Shown here one piece after another: positions 1 through 17,450 of a stretch of 64,000 bases of DNA. Every line of letters starts with the position of its first letter. Position 1 is the first letter of the stretch. The stretch lies in assembly GCF_009914755.1 (NCBI RefSeq), contig NC_060927.1; one strand, given 5' to 3'. The translations under genes and the position numbers were made by a program. Source of the DNA: the human T2T-CHM13v2.0 reference genome, Homo sapiens. A model generated the notes under the pieces. The model saw nothing but the letters and a program-made list of their open reading frames with translations, had not been told where the DNA came from and did not search any database.

Positions 1-1972
1 ATTGGAAAATGAGATTTTTTGAAAAAAACAATTAGGTAGAATCAAGAAATATGAAATGCTTAGAGATAAATTTAACAAAGTACGTAACAAAGTATGTGCA
101 AGCCTTGAAAACTAGAAAACATTATTTTTTTTTTTGATACAACTTATTTTATTATTTTATTTTTTTTGGAAGGTTTTTTTTTTATTACTATTATTATTAT
201 ACTTTAAGCTTTAGGGTACATGTGCACAATGTGCAGGTTAGTTACATATGTATACATGTGCCATGCTGGTGCGCTGCACCCACTAACTCGTCATCTAGCA
301 TTAGGTATATCTCCCAATGCTATCCCTCCCCACTTAGCAAACATTATTAACAGAACCTAAAGAAACAAAAAGATATATCACTTTCATGGATTGGAAGACT
401 ATATTTTTAAGATGTTAATTCTCACCCAGTTTTTTCTATGCAACGCCAATCAAAATTCCAGCTGGTTTTTCTTATAAGAGTAGGCAAACTAACATTAAAA
501 TGTATACAGAAATGCTAAAGACCTATACAATCTTGAAATAGAATATATTTGGTGAACTTACACTATATTTGATTTTCAGATGTACCAGAAAGCTATAGTA
601 ATCAAGATAGTGTGGTATAGGCATAAGATCAAAGAAACAGATTAGATAGTCCAGAAACAAAACTAAACATATGGTCAACTGATACTCAACAAAGATGCAA
701 AAATAACTCAATGGGAAAAAGGATAACATCTTTTCAACAAATGATTCAGGAAGAACTGAATATTTGTAAAGAAAAATTTTAAGGAATCTCAATTCTTACC
801 TCATACCATACACAAAAACTAACTTGAAACGGAGCATATACCCAAAGGTAAAAACAAAAACTATAAAGTTTATAGAGGAAAATATAGGAGTAGATATTTG
901 TAAACTTAGGGCAGGCCATGATTTTTCAGGACATAAAAGGTACTGACCATAACAGAAAAACTATCACTTAGATTTTATCAAAATTAAAAACTTCTCTTCA
1001 AAAGACATGTTTGACAAAAGGAAAAAACAAGCCACAAGCCAAGAGAAAATATTTACAATACCTAAAATAGGCAAAGGGTTTGTATACAAAATATATAAAT
1101 AACTCTTACAACTCAATGATAAGAATGATAAACAACCTATTTTTAATGGGCAAAAGATTTGAACAGATACTTTACAAAATAAAATGTACCAGTGACCAGT
1201 AAGCACATGAAAAGATACTCAACATCATCAGTAATCAGGGAAATATGAATTAAGACCACAACCGGATACCACTAAACATCCAATGGAATCATTAACATTT
1301 AAAAACTAATAACACCGAAGGTTGGCAAGAATATGGAGCAAACAGAACTCTCATACATTGTTCATACATTGTGCAAGTGTAAAATGATAAAACAGTCTAC
1401 ACATTTCTTATAAAGTTAAACACATAGTAGCCATATGACTCAACAATTCCACTCCTAGGTTTTGAGAAAAAGGAAAACATGTTCACAGAAAGACTTGTAC
1501 ACAAATATTTATAAGATTAGAAAGGGAGAAGTAAAACTAGTTTTATTCATAATAGCCCCCAAACTGAAAGCAACCCAGATATACCTCAGTAGATAAATGA
1601 AGAAACAAAGTATAGTATGTGCCTACCACGGAATATTACTTAGCAACCAAAATGAACCAACTAACAATTCTCTACAACAGTATGGTCAGCAAAAGAGCCA
1701 GAGGGAAAAGAATACAGACTGTCTGATTTCATTCATATGGACTCCTAGAAAGGACAAAATTAACTTACAGTCACAGAAAGCAGATCAGCAGTTGCCTGTG
1801 ACTGGAGCTGGGGAGCAACTGGCTGCAAAGGAATCTGAGGGAACTTTCTGGGGGTGATGGAAATCTTCTCAGCGTTGATTTGGGTTGTGGTTATCCAAGT
1901 GTATACAGTTTTTAAAAATTCATCCAAATGTACACTTAAAATAGGTGCATTTTATTATATGTATATCATAAA
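1..1972 (+). mobile_element. Ancient LINE-1 (L1MD/L1ME-type), ORF2 C-terminal region and 3' UTR, interrupted at 127-334
   Basis: Degenerate L1 ORF2 motifs (tcatggattggaagact, aagcacatgaaaagatactcaacatc). Ends with the old-L1M 3' signature gggtgatggaaat...tgtacacttaaaataggtgcattttattatatgt. Confidence 0.85.
127..334 (-). mobile_element. Severely 5'-truncated young L1 (L1PA2-type 3' end) with composite A-tail
   Basis: Reverse complement reads gatagcattgggagatatacctaatgctagatgacGAGttagtgggtgcagcgcaccagcatgg, i.e. GAG rather than the Ta-type ACA. TSD tagaaaacattatt (113-126) / tagcaaacattatt (335-348). Confidence 0.9.
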
Positions 1973-2087
1973 CGCATTGTTAGGTGATCTCATCATTAGG
2001 CTGATCTCACACTAGGGTCTATGGAATAGCCTATCACTTCCAGGCTACAAACCTGTACAGCATGTTACTGCGCTGAATACTGTAGGC

Positions 2088-2381
2088 CAGCGGTCCCCTT
2101 CCATGTACTAGCGGCAGAGGGATGGTTTCTGGATGAAACCGTTCCACCTCAGATCATCAGGCATTAGTTAGAGTCTCATAAGGAGCATGCAACCTAGATC
2201 CCTCACGTGCACAGTTCACAACAGGGATTGCACTCCTATGAGAATCTAATGCCTCTGCTAATCTGACAGGAGGCGGAGCTCAGGTGTAATGCTCCCTCGC
2301 CTGCTGCTCACCACCTGCTCTGTGGCCCTGTTCCTAATAAGCCACCACAGACCGGTAAGGTCCGTGGCCCGGGGGACCCTG
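2088..2381 (-). mobile_element. MER1B (hAT-Charlie MITE)
   Basis: Termini cagcggtcccc...ggggaccctg; core tcataaggagcatgcaacctagatccctc. 8-bp TSD ctgtaggc (2080-2087) / ctataggc (2382-2389). Confidence 0.9.
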
Positions 2382-2673
2382 CTATAGGCAATTGTAATGC
2401 TATGCTAAGTATATGTATATCTAAACATAAAAAGGTACAGTAAAAATGCAGTGTAAGAGATAAAAACTGGTATACCTTTGTAGGGTACTTACCATCAACG
2501 GAGCTTGCAGGACTAGAAGTTTCTCTGGGTGAGTCAATGAGTGAGTGGTGAGTGAATGTGAAGGCCTTGGATGTGACGGTACACTACAGTAGATATACAC
2601 TTAGGCTACACAAAATTTATTTTAAAAATATTTTTCTTTCTTCAATAATAAATTATCCTTAGCTGACTGTAAC

Positions 2674-2965
<292 letters not shown>

Positions 2966-4114
2966 TACTTTAAAACTTTTAAATTTTTTTAACTCTTTGA
3001 CTCTTTTGTGATTACACTTAGTTTAAAACACAAACACTTTGTACATCTGTAAAAAATATTTTCCTTCTTTATACCCTTATTCTACAAGCTTTTTTTTATT
3101 TTAAAAATTTATGTTTTGTTTTTACTTTTTAAACATTGTTGTTAAAAATGAAGATACAAACTCACATATTGGCCTAGGCCTGCACAGATGCTACATACAG
3201 TAGGTGTTATTATATTAGCAAAACAGAAGCCCCATGTAGCTGTGCTCGGACCTGTTCTCTGTTCTGGATCTGACCTAATGAGCACACGCATGTCCCTGGC
3301 TTCTGCCCTCCTGTTCTGCTGTTCCTGACATTCTCTGGCTGTGGAAGGCAAGGGCGGCCGCCAGCCCCCGGGTGAGGGTATGCTGTTTGTCTCTCTGTGG
3401 CTGACTAATGGACAGGGATGTGGGATGTCTAACTAGAGTGCAGCCCAAAGAGGCTTGGCCAACAGGCTCCTGATGTAATCTCCACTGCCATTCTTCTCAG
3501 GGAATGTCTAAGATTCTTCAGATGGGAGTGCATAACACCCAGGACTTCCCCTTTGGATATACTGTCTGTCCCAACATCCGAGGCCTCTCCAGAAGCAGAG
3601 CTCCTGTCCTTTGCCCTATAAGCGGTAAGTATGATTTTTTTAGTACACAGAGATAACAGTGGGCAGGGAATAATGACCCTCAGTTATGCTCCCGGTCTAG
3701 ACTGCATTCCCAGGAAGGAGGAGGAGGCCAGGGAGGGTTACAGATGCAACAAGTGGGGTGGAGCCATAGAGGTCATCTGGCCCTGAGTTTTCCAAGTGTG
3801 ATACATGAGATCATTGTGGATAGTATAGGATTCATTCTGTTATTTTAAATATGTTTGTTTATTTTTGTAGATACTCTGTTTATGTCTGGTTTTCCATTTA
3901 TCATAGTCATACATGAAGTTTTCTTTTTAATAGGCCTTTTTAAAGAAGAGTGTTAAGCAAATAATGGAACCAATTCTATGCAAATGTAGCAAAAATCACA
4001 GATAGTATGCAAACAACTGAAATTTAGAGAACATTGATAGAACAACTCCCCATCTGTCAGATGAGGGCATGGGGGCTTCCCAAGATCACACGGCTGTCTT
4101 TTTTTTTTCTTTTT

Positions 4115-4226
4115 CGGCTTCAACATTTATTTCTCACAGTTCTAGAGACTGGAAAGCTCAAGATCGAGGTGCCAGCAGACCCAGTGTCTGGCCTGGGCTC
4201 TCTTCCTGGAATTTGGTCAGCTGCCT
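4115..4226 (-). mobile_element. MaLR LTR fragment (MLT1/MST type)
   Basis: atttatttctcacagttctagagactggaaagctcaagatcgaggtgccagcaga is the typical MaLR LTR motif. Confidence 0.7.
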
Positions 4227-4227
4227 G

Positions 4228-4536
4228 TTTTTTTTTTTTTTTTTTTTTTTTTTGAGACGGAGTCTTGCTCTGTCACCCAGGCTGGAGTGCAGTGGCACAA
4301 TCTCGGCTCAATGCAGCCTCTGCCCCCTAAGAATCCAGCAATTCTCCTGCCTCAGCCTTCTGGGTAGCTGGGATTACGGGTGCACACCACCACGCCCGGT
4401 TACTTTTTGTATTTTTAGTAGAGACGGGGTTTCACCATGTTGGCCAGGCTGGTCTCAAACTCCTGACCTCAGGTGATCCGCCTGCCTCTGCCTCCCAAAA
4501 TGCTGGGATTACAGGCATGAGCCACCGTGCCTGGCT
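4228..4536 (-). mobile_element. AluSx-type
   Basis: Full dimer, ctcctgacctcaggtgatccgcc. TSD ggtcagctgcct at 4215-4226 and 4537-4548. Confidence 0.95.
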
Positions 4537-5109
4537 GGTCAGCTGCCTTTTTGCTGTTAGTGCAAACCCAGAGGCACCTTGGAGCCCTGATGCATAAAGG
4601 CAGTAGGCAAAGAGGACCTGAGAGGCAGTGCTGAGCTGAGCAAGGGTGTAAGAGGAGGAGCCCAGACCCAACTGGGCTCTGTCAATGTCAGGGCTACCTC
4701 CAAGACCCCCAGAGCATCTCTCAGGTTGCCTGGCCCCTTTGCCTTGGCACCCTGGCTGTTCTCTGACAAGCATGCTTTAGCCACAGAAAAAAAAGTCACT
4801 CATCCTCAAGTGTCTCTCCCTTGTCCCCAACAAGGGCCTTGTTCAGGCTGATGAGAGAAGCAGTGTTGCCTTTGAGGTACTCACTCTCTGCTGCCTCAGT
4901 GTCTAAGGCCCAGAACCCTAGGAGGTCATCTCCGATCAATCCCACTTTTCTCGGCTTATCTTCTAAAGGATCCCAAACTCTTAAAAAAATATATCATCTC
5001 CATGCAGGGGGCCTCTGAAGGCAATAAGACCTCCCAAACCACTGGCCCAGCCAGGGAGAAGACCCTGTTTCCACAAGGCAGCAAAGAGACCATCTTGGGG
5101 TCACCCAGG

Positions 5110-5295
5110 CATGAGTTTGAATTCCCGCTGAGACACTCACCCATTGTGTGTCTGCAGCCATGTGAATTGATCTCTCTTTGTCAATCTACCTACCTATCAT
5201 ATTGGAATAATAACGCCAACCTCAGAGGGTGGTTAGAAAATATGTAACTGCTGTAGCACAGCTCCTGGAACATGGCATGTGGTCAATAAATCAAC
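5110..5295 (+). mobile_element. MIR SINE (degenerate)
   Basis: gagtttgaattccc...aataataacgccaacctcagagggtggtt...agcacagctcctggaacatgg..gtcaataaat. Confidence 0.6.
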
Positions 5296-5436
5296 AGTAA
5301 AAGCAGTCACTGTAGCAATTGCACTAGGGTTAGTCATTCTTTTTTTTTTCTTCCATAGCTTCTAGACCCTACACTTCACTCTCTCTTAATTGGTATCCTA
5401 GCTGTCTGTGAACAAACTTTTTAGGGGGGGGGTCTA

Positions 5437-6034
5437 CAGTAGTCTCCCCTTATCTGCCAGAGATATGTTCCAAGACCCCTCCCTATGGATGCCTGAAACT
5501 GCAAATAGCACTGAACCTTATCCAATATGTTTTCTCCTGAACATACATGTCTATGCTAAAGTTTAATTTATAAATCAGGCACAGTAAGAGATTAACAACA
5601 ATAACCAATAATAAAATAGAACAATTATAACAATATACTATAATAAAAGTTATGTGAATGTGGTCTCTCTCAAAATATCTTACTGCAACTCATCCTTTTT
5701 CTTGTGATGATGTGAGGTGATAAAATGCCTATGTGATGAGATGAAGTGAGATGGATGATGGAGGCATTTTGACGTAAATGGAAAACTCCAGAAATAAACA
5801 ACTCGTAAGTTTTACATTGTGCACCATGCTGAGTAATGTGATGAAATCTCACAGCCTCCTGCTCTGCTTCTCCCAGATTTCTCCCAGATTGCCGTTAGTC
5901 ACTGAGTAGCCCTCTGGGTTATCAAATAACATTAATCTTACTTAATGCCCCGAAGTGTAAGAGTAGTGATAAAATATTTTTGGACCATGGTTGACTGCAG
6001 GTAATTGGGACTTTTGGATAAGAGAGAGTGTGTG
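5437..6034 (-). mobile_element. MER44 (Tigger7 derivative) with an internally inverted segment
   Basis: TIR cagtagtctccccttatc at the left end and a degenerate ggataagagagagtgtgtg at the right end. TA on both flanks (5435-5436, 6035-6036). Confidence 0.85.
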
Positions 6035-7136
6035 TATGTGGCAGGGGAGGGGGTTAGTGTGTATCTTTGTTTTGCTCTATCTCTTCCTGAAACACAATCC
6101 CCCTCTTTTCATTTGCCTAAATTTTTTCCATCCTTCGTGGCACAGCTTTTTATGGACCTTCCTTAGGGAAGAAATTGAATTGGAATGAAGGAGCCAAGGA
6201 CCTGGACATTAGTCAGGCAGCAGATGAGGGACTAAAAACCAGGGCATGGAGGCCTGGGAGAACATGAGACCTGAGCACCTATGTACTCATCACCCACCCA
6301 CTGGCCTACTCACCTCTCACCCAGCCACCTAGAAAATCACCCACTTGCCTGTCTACCTAACCGCCCAGCCACCTGCATCATACCCACGCACTGCCCACTC
6401 ATCCACCTGTACATACTTGGGGTAGGCTATCTGCTCAAGCAAGTGGAGTTGTAATATCATCTGTGCTCTGTTTGTTTTTCTCTCTTTTTTTGGTGCCTTC
6501 TTTTGGATCGATTTAGAATTTTTCATCTTCTTTGTCAGCTTAGGAGCAGTAACTCTATGCTATTTTAGTTGTCCTTTTGAGTGTAGAGGATACATATAAG
6601 ATTTGTCATAGTCTGTTTTCAAAGTGATGTCATACCCCTTCATGAACAGGTTAAGACCATGAAATAATATATTTACATTTTTCTCCTCCAGGCCTTTGAG
6701 CTATTTTTGTCATACATTTTATTTCTTTATATGTTATAAACTCCACACTACATTGTTTTTATTTTTGCTTTCAAAACATCTTTTAAAAAGATTTTAAAAA
6801 TAGTTTTTATATTTACCCACATGGTTATTATTTCTGATATTCTTCATTCCTTTAGATCTAAATTTCTAACTGGTATCATTTTTATTTTGCTTGTCAAAGG
6901 ACTTCTTTTAGTATTTCTTTTTTTTTTTTTTAATTATATTTTAAGTTCTAGGGTACATGTGCACAACGTGCAGGTTTGTTACATGTGTATACATGCGCCA
7001 TGTTCATGTACTGCACCCATTAACTCATCATTTACATTAGGTGTATCTCCTAATGCTATCCCTCCCTCCTCCCCCAACCCCATGACAGGCCCGGGTGTGT
7101 GGTGTTCCCCATCCTGTGTCCAAGTGTTCTCATTGT

Positions 7137-10909
<3,773 letters not shown>

Positions 10910-10972
10910 TACGATGTTAGCTGGTTATTTTGGTTGTCAGTTGATGCAGTTTCTTCCTAGTCTCAATGGTCT

Positions 10973-12312
<1,340 letters not shown>

Positions 12313-13333
12313 CTTTGTGGTTTTATCTATCTTTGGTCTTTGAGGATGGTGACGTACAGATGGGATTTTGGTGTGGATGTCTTTTCTGTTTGTTAGTTTT
12401 CCTTCTAACAGTCAGGACCCTCAGCTGCAGGTCTGTTGGAGTTTGCTAGAGGTCCACTCCAGACCCTGTTTGCCTAGGTATCAGTAGCGGAGGCTGCAGA
12501 ATAGCAAATATTGCTGAACAGCAAATGTTGCTGCCTGATCGTTCCTCTGGAAGCTTTGTCTCAGAGGGGTACCTGGCCGTGTGAGGTGTCAGTCTGCTCC
12601 TACTGGGGGGTGCCTCCCAGTTAGGCTACTCAGGGGTCAGGGACACATATGAGGAGGCAGTCTGTCCGTTCTCAGATCTCAAACTCCGTACTGGGAGAAC
12701 CACTACTCACCTCAAAGCTGTCAGACAGGGACATTTAAGTCTGCAAAGGTTTCTGCTGCCTTTTGTTTGGCTATGCCCTGCCCCCAGAGGTGGAGTCTAC
12801 AGAGGCAGGCAGGCCTCCTTGAGCTGCGGGGGGCTCCACCCAGTTTGAGCTTCCCAGCCACTTTGTTACCTACTCAAGCCTCAGCAATGGTGGGTGCCCC
12901 TCCCCCAGCCTCGCTGCCACCTTGCAGTTAGATCTCAGATTGCTGTGCTAGCAATGAGTGAGGCTCTGTGGGCGTGGGACCCTCCGAGCCAGGCATGGGA
13001 TATAATCTCCTGATGTGCCGTTTGCTAAGACCGTTGGAAAAGCGCAGTATTAGGGTCAGAGTGATCCAATTTTCCAAGTGCTGTCCGTCACCACTTCCCT
13101 TGGCTAGGAAAGGGAATTCCCTGACCCCTTGCACTTCCCAGGTAAGGTAATGCCTTGCCCTGCTTTGGCTTACGCTTGGTGGGCTGTACCCACTGTCCTG
13201 CCCTCACTGTCTGACAAGCCCCAGTGAGATTAACCTGGTACCTCAGTTGGAAATGCAGAAATCATCCGTCTTCTGTGTCGCTTATGCTGGGAGCTGTAGA
13301 CTGGAGCTATTCCTATTCGGCCATCTTGGAACA
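12313..13333 (-). promoter_or_regulatory. L1PA5 5' UTR: sense internal promoter plus antisense promoter; ORF0 disabled
   Basis: YY1-type aagatggccg at the 5' end. ORF0 ATG at 12887 on the plus strand with a premature TAG at 12929-12931. Antisense donor ccag/GTAAGG at 13142. Confidence 0.75.
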
Positions 13334-14166
13334 CTTTTAGTATTTCTTGTAGCGCAGGTCTGTTGGTGATTCATTCTTTTTGGACTTTTATACCTAAAAA
13401 AAGTCTTAATCTCACCACTTTTGGAAGATATTTTTACTAAGTAAGAGTCTAGGGTGTCAATTCTTATCTCTCAGTGCTTTAAAAATGTTGTTAGACAATT
13501 TTTGGTTTACATTTATTCCAACAAGAAATCTACTGTCTTTTTTTCCCTCTGGCTACTTTTCAGATTTTCTCTTCATCTCTTGTTTTGTGCAATTCAATTA
13601 AGTATTTTGGTGCAGTTTTCTTCTTGTTTTTGGTGCATGGGGTTTGTTGTGTTTCTTGAATATCTGGGCTTATAGTTTTTGTCTAATTTAGAAAATTTTT
13701 TTTCTTAAAAATAATTTGTGTCTTCACCCCTTTTTCGTTTTCAAGAACTCCAGTTCTGTGTATATTAGGGTGCCTGAAGTTGTCCCACAGCTCACTCATT
13801 CTCTTTATTTTATTATTACTTTTTGGAGTATCTTCCTCTTTGTAGTTCACTGTGGATGATTTTTATTTTTCTGTCTTCAAATTTATTAGTTTTCTCTTCT
13901 GCCATATCTAATCTGCCCTTTATAACATCCAATGCACTTTTTTATCTTAGGCATTATAGTTTTCATATCTATAAGTTCAACTTCGATCTTCTTATATTTT
14001 CTGTATCTCTACTTAATACATTCAATTGTTCATCAATCTTCCTGAACATACATAGTTGGAATAACTGTGTTAAGGTCCCAGCCTACGAATTCTATCATCT
14101 ATGTAATTTCTGGGTTAGTTTCTACTGATTAATTTTTCTCTTCATTATAGATCATATCTTTCTGCC

Positions 14167-14506
<340 letters not shown>

Positions 14507-16195
14507 TAAATTTTACCTTATTGAGGACTAGATGTTTTTGTAATCCTATAAATATTCTTGTCCATTGTTATGGAGTATGATTAAGTTACTTAGAGCCCAT
14601 TTAATTCTTTTAGGATTTGCTTTTGGGCTTTTGTTGTTATATAGGACCAGAATAGTATTTAGTCTGGAGCTAGTTTTTCCCCATTACTGAGGCAAAGTTT
14701 TCTACATATTCTACTGGATGCCCTGTGAATTATGAAATTTTCCACTCCAGATGGTGAGAAGAGGCATCATTTCTTTCCCAGTGTGAGCTATAGGAATTTT
14801 CCCTGATTTTTTTCAGATGATGCATTTCCCTGACTTGTGAAATTTCTTCATACACATGCACTTGTGTCAGTACTCAGTTGAATACTTCAGGGACCTTCCA
14901 TAGATTTCTAGAGTTTTCTCTCTGTGCAACTCCTCCTCTCTGATCTCCCCTGCAAACTCAAGCCGCCTTGGCCTCCCAGCTCCATCTTTTCAAAGTGGAG
15001 ACTTCTAAGCTCTCCCTAGACTCCCCTCTAGGCATTAACCTGGGGCATGATAGGGCTCACTTCATTTATTTTCCATCTCTTAGGGATCACAGTTCTTTAT
15101 TGTCTAATGTTCAATGTCTTAAGAACCATTGTTTTGTATCCATGTTCAGTTTACCAGTTGTTTTGGATAAAAGTAAACCTGGCCAATTAATCCATCTTGT
15201 TCAGGATTAGAAGTCTCAGATGTTCACCTTTTAATATTGTAAGTTTGAAATTACTATTAGTCATCCAAGTGAAGATGAACATCCAAAGATTTTATGAGTC
15301 AAAGACTTTGTACAGAGTCAACATGTTCAGTCCATTATGAGTTGTCTGTTTCCTTGGAACTTCCTGCAAACGTCGTGGCTGCTGACAGATAAGAGAAGAT
15401 CCCAGGATGTTCTGTGCTTGGAGGAATGTGGGGTCCAGGCTTGCTTCTCACTTTGCTACACTGCCACTCTGCTGATTGTTTTGTTTTGAACAATCAAGGC
15501 CATTTTTTTGTCCAGGCTTGTGGTAGCTTATAAAATATAATTCCTTCAAACACTTACTGCATTGCTAATCTCTTTGCTTTCAGTTCCATGTATTAATCAT
15601 AACCAAAGTTCTTTCCTGGTCATAGTTCTCAAATCTTGAAATTTGCTTTCTCACCCACTCCTCTGCATTTCTCTCAATGTAAAGCTGAAGGGAGAGAAAA
15701 AAGGGGATGCCAGAAGGGAGACATATCTTATGCCCATCTAAGATGAGCTTGGCATGACCTGATGGACAACTCCAGGAGAAGGGGAAAAGTTGTTTGGCAT
15801 CATAATCTAGACTGCAAGTGTGTACTTGATCATCCCATAGCCAAATCCTACAGAAATGAATTCTTCCCTCTGGCTTCCAGTGTTCAGGGCATAGCAAAGA
15901 AGTCACTAGAGTAATTTTGCTAGCATTCAATCTGGTGATGCCAGACTCAGAGAAGAGTCCAAGCAAGTCCCTTGGTGCCATGATGAGTTCTATCTGGAAA
16001 CCTTTTACTGCTTGGGTGGCATCACAAGACACAAAGAGCTTACAAGAACCGCCTGAAGGAAGACTTCTTCAACGGAGGAGCCACTGTCCCAGGAAGGGCC
16101 AGGGCAGCCTATCTCTCCTCTGGCACTTGAAGCAACACTGCATGTGTCCCTGACCACACAGAATCCCCCAGCAACACCAAAAGAATGTGGATGGC

Positions 16196-16616
16196 TGACT
16201 TAGTCCATTTGTGCTGCTATGCCAAAATACTCAAGACTGGGTAATTTACAATTGACAGACATTTACTTCTCACAGTTCTGGAGGCTGGGAAGTCCAAGAA
16301 CAATGTGCCTGCAAAATCAGTGTCTTGGGAGGGCTGTTCTCTGCTTGCAAGGTGATGCCTTGTTGCTTCTGTGTCCTCCAGAGAGGACAAATGCTGGAGG
16401 AACACATGGCTGAAGGAACAGAAGGCAGAAAGGGCCAAGCTAGTTTCTGCCATCCCTTTCATAAGGTCACTAATCCCATTCATTGGGGCTCTGAGAGTCA
16501 CAGGGGCTCTGCCTTCATGACTTAATCATCTCCTAAAGGCCCCACCTCTTAACACTACTTCATTGGCAATTATGTTTTAACATGTGAATTTTGTGGGACA
16601 CATTCAGATCATAGCA
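16196..16616 (-). mobile_element. MSTD/MSTC-type MaLR solo LTR
   Basis: cttagtccatttgtgctgctat...ctcacagttctggaggctgggaagtccaag...acattcagatcatagca. 5-bp TSD atggc/gtggc. Confidence 0.88.
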
Positions 16617-17324
16617 GTGGCTATAGTGGGGGTATGACTGGCTTTAACATGTTGCATTGGGAGAAAGCTTTTGTAATACAGACAAGTGTTTGCACTTTGG
16701 GTACTGCTGAGAGAAAAAAGGAGACACCCACAGCTTTACTTCTATGATTTGGTGGGAGTCAGGACATCAGTGAAAAAAATCTCCAGAAGTTCCAGGAACT
16801 AGAATGATCTGTCATCCATCCCTTGCATGGCACCAAGCCCTGACTGAGGTCTCAAATATGAGTGAGGGCTAAGATATAAGTCCCCTGTGTAAAAGGGCTT
16901 TCTTTGACAAAATCCCACTGGGGCATGCTGGGACTGACTTCAGACTGAGACCCAGGGTGACTCTCCACTTGGTGAGTCGGTAGTCACTGGGAGGTTGCCC
17001 TATTCCTCTAGTTCCCAGGACCATGGCCCTTTCCCTGCAGTAACTGCCTCTCTGCCTCCACACCTCATCCCTGTGTCAGCCTCAGTTTCATTCTGGTGCG
17101 AGTATCAGTTGCTCCACCTTCCAAAGGGCTGCCTCAAGGCTGTGGTGCCCACTGAGAGCATATACCGTCCTGCACACACAGGTGAGACTGGCTGGCTCTA
17201 TCTTAGCCTGCTGAGAAAAGGTTCCCATGGAGACCTCATGAGCTAAAAAGCCAAACAAAATAAAACAAAACAAAACAAGAAAACCCAGGGCAGTATGCAG
17301 CAAAACCCAAAGATCCTCCAAAGC

Positions 17325-17450
17325 ATGCATCCTAAATGTTAATGTGCAGACAAATCTGACTACAAATCACAAAGATCTTGTTAAAATGCAGATTGGGATT
17401 CAAAAGGAACACCCAGGTGATGCTGACACTGCCAGATTGCATACCACAAA
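17325..17450. mobile_element. MER5A-like fragment
   Basis: gatcttgttaaaatgcagatt and cccaggtgatgctga. Confidence 0.55.

Noticed and set aside
4069-4773. Alu-overlapping ORFs here and at 11375, 21547, 28372 and 39474
   Set aside because: Typical Alu-derived spurious translations (e.g. [14 protein letters not shown]).
15580-16032. 150-aa minus-strand ORF in unique DNA
   Set aside because: Non-ATG start, no recognisable domain or supporting exon structure, and a length attainable by chance.
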